NCBI GenBank assembly: GCA_046483445.1 | Contig: JAWODD010000028.1 | Span: forward strand, 131,568 to 195,567 | Direction: 5' to 3' | Length of the DNA: 64,000 bases | Source: Bacillota bacterium | GTDB lineage: Bacteria; Bacillota; Dethiobacteria; DTU022 | Program-made: the position numbers and the translations under genes | Shown here: positions 10,018 to 18,715 of the stretch, one piece after another | Numbering within the stretch: the stretch's first letter is position 1 | Layout of the letters: each line of letters starts with the position of its first letter | The notes under the pieces: generated by a model | What the model was told of the DNA's origin: nothing | The model's database searches: none | The model's input: the letters and a program-made list of their open reading frames with translations, nothing else

Positions 10018-10986
10018 CTAGTCGTAGCGAATACGCGGATCGACGACTGAATAAAAGATATCGGCTAAAAGATTCCCCAGGATTACTAAAACTGCTAAAA
10101 AGAGGTTGATTCCCATCAACAGCCCGTAATCTCTCTGACTGACCGATTCAATTAACATTGTTCCCATTCCCGGCCAGGAAAAGACCGACTCTGTTATAAT
10201 TGCTCCAGAGAAGAGAAAGGGTAAACTTAAACCCAGGATCGTAACTACCGGCAATAATGCGTTACGTAAAGCATGCCTGTAGATAACGACCTGCTCAGAA
10301 AGCCCCTTGGCTCTGGCTGTCCGGACATAATCCTGTTTGATTACTTCAAGCATACTGGAGCGGGTAAATCGAACAAAACGGGCCGTGTTGGCTGCGGTCA
10401 GGGTAATTAGGGGCAAGAGCAGGTGCCTGCCTACATCAGCGGCATAACTGATAAAATTTGGATGGCGCACTCCGGCAGAAACCATTCCCCCAATTGGCAG
10501 CCATCCCAGGGTGAAACCAAAAAGCCAGACCAGGACAATTCCTAAGAAAAATACAGGGATGGATACACCGGCTATAGCGGAAACTACTACGGAATAATCT
10601 ATGGTTGAATACTGCCTGGTAGCTGAAATAATTCCAATAGGGATAGCTATAATAAAGCTGACCAGGATTGAAGAAAAAGTAAGAGTGATTGTGGGGAAAA
10701 GTCGGCTTTGAACCAGTTCGGTTACCAGGCGGCCTCGGTATCGAGTTGAATATCCCAGGTTGCCCTGTACAGCTTCGGTAAGCCATGAACCGTACCGCTG
10801 GATCAGCGGTTGGTCCAGTCCAAGCTGTTCTCTCCTTCTTTCTATAGCCTCATCTGATATGTTGGGATCAACCATGTGGGATAAAGGACTACCCGGTGCC
10901 ATATTAATTATCACAAATACAATAAATGTAGTGCCTATGAGGGTAGGAATCATCTGAAGCAGGCGCCGTATAATGTATTGCTGCAT
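10018..10986 (-). CDS. oppB: Oligopeptide ABC transporter permease
   Basis: The N-terminus MQQYIIRRLLQMIPTLIG is typical. The start was moved to the ATG at 10986, which lies behind a GGAGG SD. Confidence 0.85.
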   Translation of the reverse strand: MQQYIIRRLLQMIPTLIGTTFIVFVIINMAPGSPLSHMVDPNISDEAIERRREQLGLDQPLIQRYGSWLTEAVQGNLGYSTRYRGRLVTELVQSRLFPTITLTFSSILVSFIIAIPIGIISATRQYSTIDYSVVVSAIAGVSIPVFFLGIVLVWLFGFTLGWLPIGGMVSAGVRHPNFISYAADVGRHLLLPLITLTAANTARFVRFTRSSMLEVIKQDYVRTARAKGLSEQVVIYRHALRNALLPVVTILGLSLPFLFSGAIITESVFSWPGMGTMLIESVSQRDYGLLMGINLFLAVLVILGNLLADIFYSVVDPRIRYD

Positions 10987-11088
10987 AACAGACCTCCATA
11001 ATAATATTGCAGAAGAGGGCGACTTCCCGGGGGAAGCCACCCTCTAGTTGTTACTATTTTATTAGTGGCTTATAAATTGTTATTTTGA

Positions 11089-12744
11089 TTATCTGTCCAG
11101 TTCCCATTCTTCAACATTCCACCACATGCTGAAAGCGTCACCCTGGAAGTTTTTCAAGTCCGGGGTGTGGACGAAAGCCTCATCTTCAGCATAAAGCCAG
11201 ACATAAGGCGCTTCTTCAACCAGCAGCTCCTGCCACTCACTGTAGATTTCAGCTCTTTCCTCCATGTCGGTCGTCCTGCGGGCTTCCCTGATTAGCTCAT
11301 CATTATCCGGATGGTCGAAGCCAACAGCGTTCCATTGGTCATCGCTTAACCAGATGCCGGTGGGATCTGGTTCCAGGGCCAGAGACCAACCCATCAGGTA
11401 AAGTTCAAAGTCCCTTTCCTCAAAAATCAGGTCGGTGAGGGTGGTAAATTCCATCATATCAAGTTCAATAGCAATGCCTGCATCGGAAGCCATATCCTGA
11501 ATAATCTCAGCGTTTCTTTCCCTGGGCGCGTTACCACTGGGGTAGCTCAGGGTAAATTCCAACCTTTCGCCGTCTTTGTAGCGGTAGCCGTCGTCGTCGT
11601 CCATTTCCCAGCCGGATTCTTCCAGCAGTTCATTGGCGCGTTCGACATCATAAGGCAGTGGCTCTAAATCTTCATCATAGGCCCAGGAAACCATAGACAT
11701 GTGGCTGGTCTGAACGCTGGCCATACCTTCAAACAGAGCATCGATAATTTCCCAGCGGTCAATAGCGTGGGTCAGGGCATGGCGAACGTTTTTATCGCTT
11801 AAAACGGGGTGATCAAGTTTAATGCCCATGTACTGGTAAGCATTGGCCGGGTAATTGACTACTTCGAGGCCCTCTTCCTGGTATGCTTCGAATTCATCTT
11901 TTTCCGGTTGGACCCAGGCCAGGTCGCTGGAACCGGTGATCAATTCTGCCATCTGGGTATCAGATGAAGCTGTTTTAACAGTAATTTGATCAACATTGGG
12001 TTTGCCGCCGACATAATCGTCGAATGCTTCCAGGATGGTATACTGGCCATCGGCATATTCGGTGAGCTTGTATGGACCTGCGCCAATAGGTTCTTGGTTT
12101 ACATTGGGATGTTCTTCCAGTTCAGCAATCGGGGTGTCTTCGAAAACATGCTTGGGAGAAATGGCCCAGGTGGAGACATTGATCAAAGCCGGGGCATCAA
12201 CTTCTTCAAAGTGGAAGTGGATAGTTCTTTCATCTTCAATTTCTATTTCTTCAATAGTTTCCCAGTAAGATGCCCGCACACCGGTATAATCTTCATCCAT
12301 CATCCACTCGAAGGTCCACTTGACATCTTCGGTGGTAACCGGTTCGCCGTCATGGAAGTAAATATCGTCCTTGAGGGTGTATGTGAAAGTCATTTCATCG
12401 TCGCTTACTTCCATGCTTTCCGCCAGCTCAGGTATTAATTCATAGTCGGCGTCGGGATCGTGGGTCATCATTCCGGTAAAGCAAGGATCTACGGCAGCGT
12501 AGGCATCGTAGGCGCTTTCATAGAGGTTCGGGTTAAAATTACCCTCCGGGGCACTCCAGATAGCCATAACCAGAGCAGACTCTTCATCATCCCCAGCTTC
12601 ATCATCCCCAGTTTCTTCATCCCCAGCTTCTTCACCATCTACGGGTTCTTCTGCTCCTTCTTCTTCAGGCTCGCATCCTACTGCAAGTAAACCTACAGAC
12701 AGCATAATTATCACCAGTAAAAGCGCTAAACTTTTTTTACTCAT
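11089..12744 (-). CDS. oppA: ABC transporter substrate-binding lipoprotein, family 5 (peptide/nickel, OppA-like), with an acidic repeat linker
   Basis: There is a lipobox LLAVGC. This is followed by a D/E/G-rich linker and then an SBP_bac_5 fold. Confidence 0.8.
   Translation of the reverse strand: MSKKSLALLLVIIMLSVGLLAVGCEPEEEGAEEPVDGEEAGDEETGDDEAGDDEESALVMAIWSAPEGNFNPNLYESAYDAYAAVDPCFTGMMTHDPDADYELIPELAESMEVSDDEMTFTYTLKDDIYFHDGEPVTTEDVKWTFEWMMDEDYTGVRASYWETIEEIEIEDERTIHFHFEEVDAPALINVSTWAISPKHVFEDTPIAELEEHPNVNQEPIGAGPYKLTEYADGQYTILEAFDDYVGGKPNVDQITVKTASSDTQMAELITGSSDLAWVQPEKDEFEAYQEEGLEVVNYPANAYQYMGIKLDHPVLSDKNVRHALTHAIDRWEIIDALFEGMASVQTSHMSMVSWAYDEDLEPLPYDVERANELLEESGWEMDDDDGYRYKDGERLEFTLSYPSGNAPRERNAEIIQDMASDAGIAIELDMMEFTTLTDLIFEERDFELYLMGWSLALEPDPTGIWLSDDQWNAVGFDHPDNDELIREARRTTDMEERAEIYSEWQELLVEEAPYVWLYAEDEAFVHTPDLKNFQGDAFSMWWNVEEWELDR
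12584..12643. repeat. 4 x 15-nt tandem repeat inside oppA encoding (A/T)GD(D/E)E linker units
   Basis: The units are tcatcatccccagct, tcatcatccccagtt, tcttcatccccagct and tcttcaccatctacg. Confidence 0.8.
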
Positions 12745-13102
12745 TATCTAACCCCCTATAATATTGGTTAAAATACTCAAAAACTACAACGACAGCTAAG
12801 ACATAAAACTTGCATATAAGCCCATAAATTCCCCCTTTGATGAAATATTTAATAAGTAGCTATCAGCATAGATAGCTATAAAGCTATAATTACTGAACAC
12901 ATTTTTTATTCGTTATAGATTATTGAATTCCTGCTAGATCCAAAAAAAATTAGGCCAATACATAAATAGTGGGGAAAAAATTCAAAATATTAAGCAGGCA
13001 CATAAAAGCATTTATAATAAAATAGTCGTTCAAGTTTAGCAAATGGCTTTGTATATGATATGATCTATTAGAACTTAGATTTATCTGCGGGGTGAAATTA
13101 TT

Positions 13103-13510
13103 ATGGAAACCATCATAGAAATACCGGTTCGCTCTAACGAAGTTGATTTTCTCGGTCATGTAAACAATGCCAAGTACCTTGAATATATGGAGTGGGGCAG
13201 AGAAGATTGGTATAAAAAAGCAGACAATTCTTTTGATCAGTTAGCTGAAAAAAATATTGGTACTGCTACCGTGAATATAAATATTGACTATCTAGGCGAA
13301 TGTTACAGGGGGGATTTATTACTGATTAAAACTGTCCCGGTTAAAGTTGGCAACTGCAGTTTTGTCATGTCCCAGCAAATTTTTAAAAAACACTCCGGGG
13401 AAAAGGTGACGGATGCACATGTTACCACGGTCACCTTTGATATGGATACCAGGAAAAGTATTTCGGTGCCCCCGGATTTGCGAGAAAAGCTGGAGGTTAA
13501 GCAAATATAA
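13103..13510 (+). CDS. Acyl-CoA thioesterase (hotdog fold, YbgC/4HBT family)
   Basis: 135 aa with the 4HBT signature ...VRSNEVDFLGHVNNAKYLEY... Confidence 0.7.
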   Translation: METIIEIPVRSNEVDFLGHVNNAKYLEYMEWGREDWYKKADNSFDQLAEKNIGTATVNINIDYLGECYRGDLLLIKTVPVKVGNCSFVMSQQIFKKHSGEKVTDAHVTTVTFDMDTRKSISVPPDLREKLEVKQI

Positions 13511-13717
13511 ATATTTCGGATTAAGTTAAAATTAGTAGCATTTTTCTTTTTAAGGCTTTAACTCCTTAACCCTAAAATTCTGCAAAAAGCTTGCAAGACT
13601 TTTTTAGTGTTCACGGGAGCGCTAATGTTCAATGTCTTTAGAAGGGCTTATCAGAAGGGCCAACTTTTTAAGGAACTGGCTTGTCCAGGTAAAGCAAATA
13701 TTTAGGAGGTGTGGAAA

Positions 13718-13903
13718 GTGAGTGAAGAAGAATACAAATTAAATGATCGTGCCCTGCGAAAAATTGTCAAATTGGAAAGCTATATCAGTGTAATGGCGGA
13801 AGGTTCAGAGAAAGAGAGGTTAACTAAAGCATTTCTTGAACTTGTCGATGCAATTGGATTGCCCGATGAATACGGAGAAACCGTTAGAAGGGGCCGTGTT
13901 TAA
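13718..13903 (+). CDS. Hypothetical small protein (about 61 aa)
   Basis: A GTG at 13718 lies 6 nt after an AGGAGGTG SD. No family is recognised. Confidence 0.4.
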   Translation: MSEEEYKLNDRALRKIVKLESYISVMAEGSEKERLTKAFLELVDAIGLPDEYGETVRRGRV

Positions 13904-13917
13904 TTGTCCTAAAAGCT

Positions 13918-14973
13918 TTAGTGTTCTTTCATATAGTGTACGGGGTTAATTGGTGAGCCGTTGTAGTGTACTTCGTAGTGAAGGTGCGTGCCCGTTGTGC
14001 GTCCGGAAGCGCCCATGTAACCTATGGTTTGGCCTTTTTCCACTTCTGCGCCCTTGCTCACGGCAAAATCGGACAGGTGTGCGTAATAAGTTTCGTAGCC
14101 ATCACCATGGTCAATAATTAGTAGATTGCCCATACTGCCCCGGTAGCCGGAAAAAGTAATTTTACCGGTGGCAGTAGCCCTAATGGTTGAGCCGTGCGAA
14201 CCGGCAATATCAACCCCGGAATGAAACTGGTAGCCCTCACTATAGGGTTTGCTTCTTGTGCCAAATCCAGAGGTTATTCGTCCCCTGGCCGGCCATAAAG
14301 TTGGTTTGGCCTCAATTGCTCTTATTTCATCTTCAATTTTTTCCACATACACTTCGACCTCATCCAGGGTGTCGCGCTGTTCAGGAATAACATCTTGCAG
14401 GGTCTCTATATTTTCAGCGGCGCGGCTGAGAAGCAGGTTTGAAGATGAAGATGTTTGATAATGGGAATTAAAATTATTGGAAGTGGCATTTGATTCAAAA
14501 AGAATGCCGTTTAAACTATGAAGGGTGGGAGCGCTGGGGTAACGGATAATGGCCGTATTATGATAAGGGCTTTGCGAGGCAGATGGGCTCAATTTTTTTC
14601 TGCTCTCCTCTGCTTGTTTCCTGAGGCTTTCTACATCATCGATAAGTTCCACATCGGAAACTTTTTCTGTAATTTTTTCAATTAATTCGTCTAGTTCGAC
14701 AACCTTGTTCATTGCCTGTTCTGTTTCTAAGGCAAGGGCATCGATTTCTTCCTGCTGAGCCTGGTTTATCTGTCGCAATTCTTCAACTTGCTCTGCCTCT
14801 GCTGCGACTTTGAGATAAGAAAACCCCAGCAAACCTAAGCCGGTAACTAAAAGCGCTGCAAGTATTACTATAAATTGTACAGCATAAAACGGTAGCCGCA
14901 GGCTAATAGTGGTTTCTTCAGTATGTGGTATAATCATAATTGTAAAACAACGCTTTTTCATCGTGGGGTCCAC
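13918..14973 (-). CDS. M23-family peptidoglycan metalloendopeptidase with an N-terminal TM and coiled coil (EnvC-like)
   Basis: The C-terminal LytM domain has intact HSGVD and HLHYEVH zinc motifs. There is a TM helix near the N-terminus and a long E/Q-rich coiled coil. The exact start (14973 or 14961) is uncertain. Confidence 0.75.
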   Translation of the reverse strand: MDPTMKKRCFTIMIIPHTEETTISLRLPFYAVQFIVILAALLVTGLGLLGFSYLKVAAEAEQVEELRQINQAQQEEIDALALETEQAMNKVVELDELIEKITEKVSDVELIDDVESLRKQAEESRKKLSPSASQSPYHNTAIIRYPSAPTLHSLNGILFESNATSNNFNSHYQTSSSSNLLLSRAAENIETLQDVIPEQRDTLDEVEVYVEKIEDEIRAIEAKPTLWPARGRITSGFGTRSKPYSEGYQFHSGVDIAGSHGSTIRATATGKITFSGYRGSMGNLLIIDHGDGYETYYAHLSDFAVSKGAEVEKGQTIGYMGASGRTTGTHLHYEVHYNGSPINPVHYMKEH

Positions 14974-15124
14974 GGCCTTCAGCAGTTCCCCTTTAAAAAG
15001 ATTTCTTTTAATTATATACCCACGTGTGATTATATAATTTTAATGTTACAGAAATATTACATGGTTGAAATCTTAGGGTTTAAATAAACAAATGGGTAGA
15101 ATTTTTGATTTAACTGATAAAGAT

Positions 15125-15313
15125 TTATTCTTCATCCTCAGCTTCGTCTTCTCCAACAGTAATAATGATCCCATTAACAGCAATTTCCAGCATTGCGCAA
15201 GCACCGGGTCTTTCCTGGCCTTCAATATCTGCATCTTCTACCCACCAGGCACATTCTTCTTTAAAACAGCTTAAAGTATTACCTTCCGAATCGTTTCTTA
15301 AAGGGCACTTCAT
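15125..15313 (-). CDS. Hypothetical small Cys-containing acidic protein (62 aa)
   Basis: An AAGGAGG SD lies 9 nt upstream of the ATG. It has 5 Cys and an acidic tail. It is preferred over the overlapping plus-strand ORF, which has no SD. Confidence 0.45.
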   Translation of the reverse strand: MKCPLRNDSEGNTLSCFKEECAWWVEDADIEGQERPGACAMLEIAVNGIIITVGEDEAEDEE

Positions 15314-15773
15314 TTTTGTTAACCTCCTTTTTTAGCTTAAGGGTTTTCTAGTTTAAAATGTTAGCGGAACTTGCTGAGCATTATTCCATCTATTTGATGA
15401 TTATATCATAACAAATGTGTTCAACTTCCATAAAGGCAAAATAATCTAAGATGATTTAGTTTTTTTGATCTTACAGCCATTCAAATAAATATTAAAATCG
15501 CTGTATAGCTTAATCATTGCTGATGCCCTGGGTGATAGGGGATTGGTATGACAAGGTTGGTGAAGCATCAGATTATTTTTTCTTCCCGGTAATTCAATGT
15601 CACCAGGAATATGAAGTAATTATATGGCTGGACCATTTTAAAAAGGCAGACCTTGATTTACCTGTCTATTTAGAGTGAACATGGTTTTACTATTTCTTTT
15701 TGCAGTTAGTATGAACAATATTTAAATTATTATGTCATCGTCTTGGCTATTTTAAACGAGTGATCGCGATTTC

Positions 15774-15803
15774 TTGACTGTGTTAATTATTCACTGCTAT
15801 ACT
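15774..15803 (+). promoter_or_regulatory. Sigma-A-type promoter (TTGACT-N18-TATACT) driving the riboswitch leader
   Basis: The sequence is ttcTTGACTgtgttaattattcactgcTATACTaaaat. Confidence 0.5.
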
Positions 15804-15817
15804 AAAATAAATAAAAA

Positions 15818-15920
15818 TCGTAAAAGGCAAAACCATCGCAAGATGGTGGCGCAAAGCTAGAGGGGCTTTGATAAGCAAAGCGTGGAAGTCAGCCAACTGT
15901 CGATTTAGGTAATACAGTAA
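15818..15920 (+). ncRNA. Cyclic-di-GMP-I (GEMM) riboswitch
   Basis: GGCAAAACCATC-GCAA-GATGGT-GGCGCAAAGC-TAGAGGGGC...CAGCCAACTG. P2 is a hairpin with a GNRA loop, followed by the ACGCAAAGC junction and a second hairpin GCTTTG-ataag-CAAAGC. It lies upstream of a GGDEF/HD-GYP gene. Confidence 0.6.
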
Positions 15921-15926
15921 AGTTAC

Positions 15927-15956
15927 CTCACCAGAACATCTTGTGGGGTTTTTTTA
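15927..15956 (+). terminator. Intrinsic terminator (riboswitch expression platform)
   Basis: CCTCACCAGA-aca-TCTTGTGGGG has 9 of 10 positions paired with one mismatch and is followed by TTTTTTT. Confidence 0.55.
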
Positions 15957-16182
15957 TACTTAAGCGTACAATAGCCCCCACGTCGGCAACCTTTGGCGCC
16001 CTTGGGATTCTGAAAGTAAATCTATTCCCCAGCAAGCGGAATAACTTCTTAGATTTTCACCAGGGTGTTTAATCTTTCAGCTAGACCAGCCAGCCTGTTG
16101 ATGCATATTCTAAAAAAAGTATCGACTTTTGTAATTTATTTACTGCTTGAGGGTTTAAAGAGTTTGCTTGGGAGGCATGCTT

Positions 16183-18153
16183 GTGAATAAAGATAATAGG
16201 CCATGTTACACGACCGAATACAATACTGTTTTGCTCAACCTGAACAATTTTATGCTTGAGCAGAATAAAATTAATGATTATGAAGAACTAATTAAAGTGA
16301 TAGCGGCCCAGTTAGATCTACTATTTAACCCGGTTGCCATTGTGTACAGTGAATATGACAGTGTTAACCAGGCCTTATCGATAAAAGAAATCAACGCTAA
16401 TCAAGATGTATTGAATTTGGTTATAAAAATCGGGGGAAGGAAATTTTTCTACACGGTTATTCCAGTTAATGAATATATGTATGAAAAGATGACTGTTGAT
16501 AGAATCGAAATAGTTTCAAGTCTTTACGAAGTTACTAATGAAGCCGTTCCTATAAGTATTTCAAATGCAATTGATAAAGCACTTAATATAAACTGTTATT
16601 TGGTTCTTGCCTTCATAGTTGATGGTCAGCTTTACGGCACAACAATTATTGTCCTTAAAAAGGAACCTGGTCATTTTATTATAGAGCTACTGAGAACATA
16701 CGCACATTTTACTTCTATTTCTTTGAAACGTGTACTCGCGGAACGAACTTTGCGAGAAAGAGAGCAAGAACTAAAAACGATCACAGAGAATATAACTGAT
16801 TTGGTATCAATGGCCGATGTTAAGGGGAGGTTTACTTATATATCGGGCAATCATTATGATCTGCTTGGTTACGAAGAGGATGAATTGCTCGGCAGATATA
16901 TCTGGGAAATACTCTACAGTGAAGACATGGATAAGATTGCCAACTTGTTCAGTAAACACATTTCCTTAGGAGAAGACGGGCAAGCTGAATACAGAGTGGT
17001 TCGAAAAGATGGGAGCTTGATTTGGGTCGATACAGTAGGCAGTATCTTGAACGATGACGGAGCAATTAGCGGGGCATTATTTGTAACCCGTGATATCACC
17101 GATCGTAAAAAAGCTGAAGAGTATATCCGGTATGTCAGCTTTCATGATCAGCTCACTGACCTCTACAACCGCCACTACTTTGAGCAATGCAAAGAAGAGT
17201 TAAAGGAGATCCCAGTGCTCAGTGTGATCATGACTGATGTTAACGGCTTAAAACTGGTGAACGATACCTATGGACATAAAGCGGGAGATGAACTGCTTAA
17301 GAAATATGCTAATATCTTAAGAAAATTATTTAAACAGAGCGACTTGTTTTTCAGGTGGGGCGGAGATGAGTTTATTATCATCTTGAAGGATACTAAAGAG
17401 GCTAAGAGTTGGAAGCTATGCAACAGGCTGATCAAGCACTGCGGAGAAGCCTTTGTAAATGATATTCCACTTTCAATCTCCGTCGGTATCTCTTCAAAAT
17501 TACCTGGTGGGGATATTGATAATGCAATTCAAGAAGCGGAAGATATGATGTATAAGCACAAGCTTACCGAGAGCAAGAGCAGTAAAAACTTAATTATGAA
17601 AACCCTTCTGGAAACCCTGTCGGAAAAAAGCTTTGAAACCAAGGAACATATCGATCGGATAAGCTTAATTGGCAGGCAGTTTGGCGAAAGGCTCTGTTTA
17701 CCCCCTTCTGAACTATCCAGGCTTGAAACACTAACTATGCTTCACGATATCGGCAAGATTAATATTGACAAACATATTCTATTGAAAAAGACTGCCCTTA
17801 CAGATGAAGAATGGGAAGAAATTATAAAGCATCCAGAAGTCGGCTACCGTATTACCCGTACAAGCGAAGAGTTTGCTTATGTGGCTGAAGAAATACTTTC
17901 TCACCATGAAAGATGGGATGGAAAGGGTTACCCTCAGGGTTTGGAAGGTGAAAATACTCCCTATTTAGCAAGAATTTTAAACCTGATCGACAGTTATGAA
18001 GTAATGTGTAACGGTCGCCCCTATAAGAAGAAAATGTCTGTTAAAGAAATATTAGAAGAAATAGAGCGATGCTCTGGAAAGCAATTCGACCCCGACTTAG
18101 CTAAAGAGTTCGTTATATTTTTGAGGGAAGGTTATTTTGGTTGGGAATACTGA
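16183..18153 (+). CDS. Signalling protein with GAF-like, PAS, GGDEF (diguanylate cyclase) and HD-GYP (c-di-GMP phosphodiesterase) domains
   Basis: There is an intact RWGGDEF motif. The HD-GYP signatures LHDIGK and HHERWDGKGYP are present, and a PAS domain lies between the N-terminal GAF-like domain and GGDEF. A GTG at 16183 lies 7 nt after a GGGAGG SD, so the track's TTG at 16168 is probably too early. Confidence 0.85.
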   Translation: MNKDNRPCYTTEYNTVLLNLNNFMLEQNKINDYEELIKVIAAQLDLLFNPVAIVYSEYDSVNQALSIKEINANQDVLNLVIKIGGRKFFYTVIPVNEYMYEKMTVDRIEIVSSLYEVTNEAVPISISNAIDKALNINCYLVLAFIVDGQLYGTTIIVLKKEPGHFIIELLRTYAHFTSISLKRVLAERTLREREQELKTITENITDLVSMADVKGRFTYISGNHYDLLGYEEDELLGRYIWEILYSEDMDKIANLFSKHISLGEDGQAEYRVVRKDGSLIWVDTVGSILNDDGAISGALFVTRDITDRKKAEEYIRYVSFHDQLTDLYNRHYFEQCKEELKEIPVLSVIMTDVNGLKLVNDTYGHKAGDELLKKYANILRKLFKQSDLFFRWGGDEFIIILKDTKEAKSWKLCNRLIKHCGEAFVNDIPLSISVGISSKLPGGDIDNAIQEAEDMMYKHKLTESKSSKNLIMKTLLETLSEKSFETKEHIDRISLIGRQFGERLCLPPSELSRLETLTMLHDIGKINIDKHILLKKTALTDEEWEEIIKHPEVGYRITRTSEEFAYVAEEILSHHERWDGKGYPQGLEGENTPYLARILNLIDSYEVMCNGRPYKKKMSVKEILEEIERCSGKQFDPDLAKEFVIFLREGYFGWEY

Positions 18154-18352
18154 GATACGGCTTTACTCCCTTTTACGAAAATGCTGACACCAGTTTCTGT
18201 AAACTTTACGTTCTGCAAAGCATCTAATATCCACACCAGGCAAATTCTGACTTTTCCTTCTAAGGTTTAATAAAGCAAAGGTTCAATAAAGGCTTACAAA
18301 GGTAAGGGCTTTTGAAGTTACCTGATGAATTTCAACAACCCTTATCAATAAA

Positions 18353-18439
18353 TGGTGCGGGCGAGAGGATTCGAACCTCCAAGGGAATGCTCCCACTGGA
18401 TCCTAAGTCCAGCGCGTCTGCCAGTTCCGCCACGCCCGC
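18353..18439 (-). tRNA. tRNA-Leu (anticodon TAG)
   Basis: 87 nt. The acceptor stem is GCGGGCG/CGCCCGC followed by A and CCA. The anticodon loop is cuUAGga, and there is a long variable arm. Confidence 0.9.
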
Positions 18440-18715
18440 ACAAAGTTGTTTTTTATTCCGACCTAATTATAATTGGTTTTTGCTGCCAGTTCAACCATGG
18501 TTTCTTTAATTTTAGCGATTAGTGTATCTAACTTTTCCTCGCCCTCGGAATGAGTATTTCCCTGTTGAATTTAAACAAAATCTGGTGATTATTTTTGGCT
18601 GGTTGCTTCTATAGCGATTGCGTTGTTTTTATAGTGAGAAAAGATCGAAAAGTGTATTTTGAAGCAGGAGTTCTTCTAATATTTACGAATATTCTAAGGT
18701 GAAGAAAAAGAAAGG

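Noticed and set aside
10436-12438. Antisense ORFs inside oppB and oppA (10436..10786-, 10760..10957+, 11986..12438+, 12035..12268+), and similar internal antisense ORFs elsewhere (for example 25244..25699- and 54699..55016+).
   Set aside because: They lie entirely inside well-supported genes on the opposite strand or frame. No SD or homology is discernible.
12950-13159. A 69-aa minus-strand ORF in the AT-rich intergenic region upstream of the thioesterase.
   Set aside because: It lies in promoter DNA and has no SD. Its composition is typical of AT-rich non-coding sequence.
15092-15274. A 60-aa plus-strand ORF overlapping the minus-strand Cys-rich ORF.
   Set aside because: It has no SD and a low-complexity, F/S/N-rich translation. 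The minus-strand ORF has an AAGGAGG SD, so that one was kept.
16168-16182. The TTG/ATG starts at 16168 and 16177 for the GGDEF/HD-GYP gene given by the ORF track.
   Set aside because: The GGGAGG SD at 16170-16175 would overlap these codons. The GTG at 16183, 7 nt downstream, is the plausible start.
18312-18509. A 65-aa plus-strand ORF.
   Set aside because: It lies exactly over tRNA-Leu(TAG), which is on the minus strand, and has no SD.
18596-18608. TGGCTGGTTGCTT as a possible sigma54 -24/-12 promoter upstream of the bEBP-like gene.
   Set aside because: The GG to GC spacing is about 6 nt rather than the required 10. No other TGGCAC-N5-TTGC match was seen near the mmc genes.
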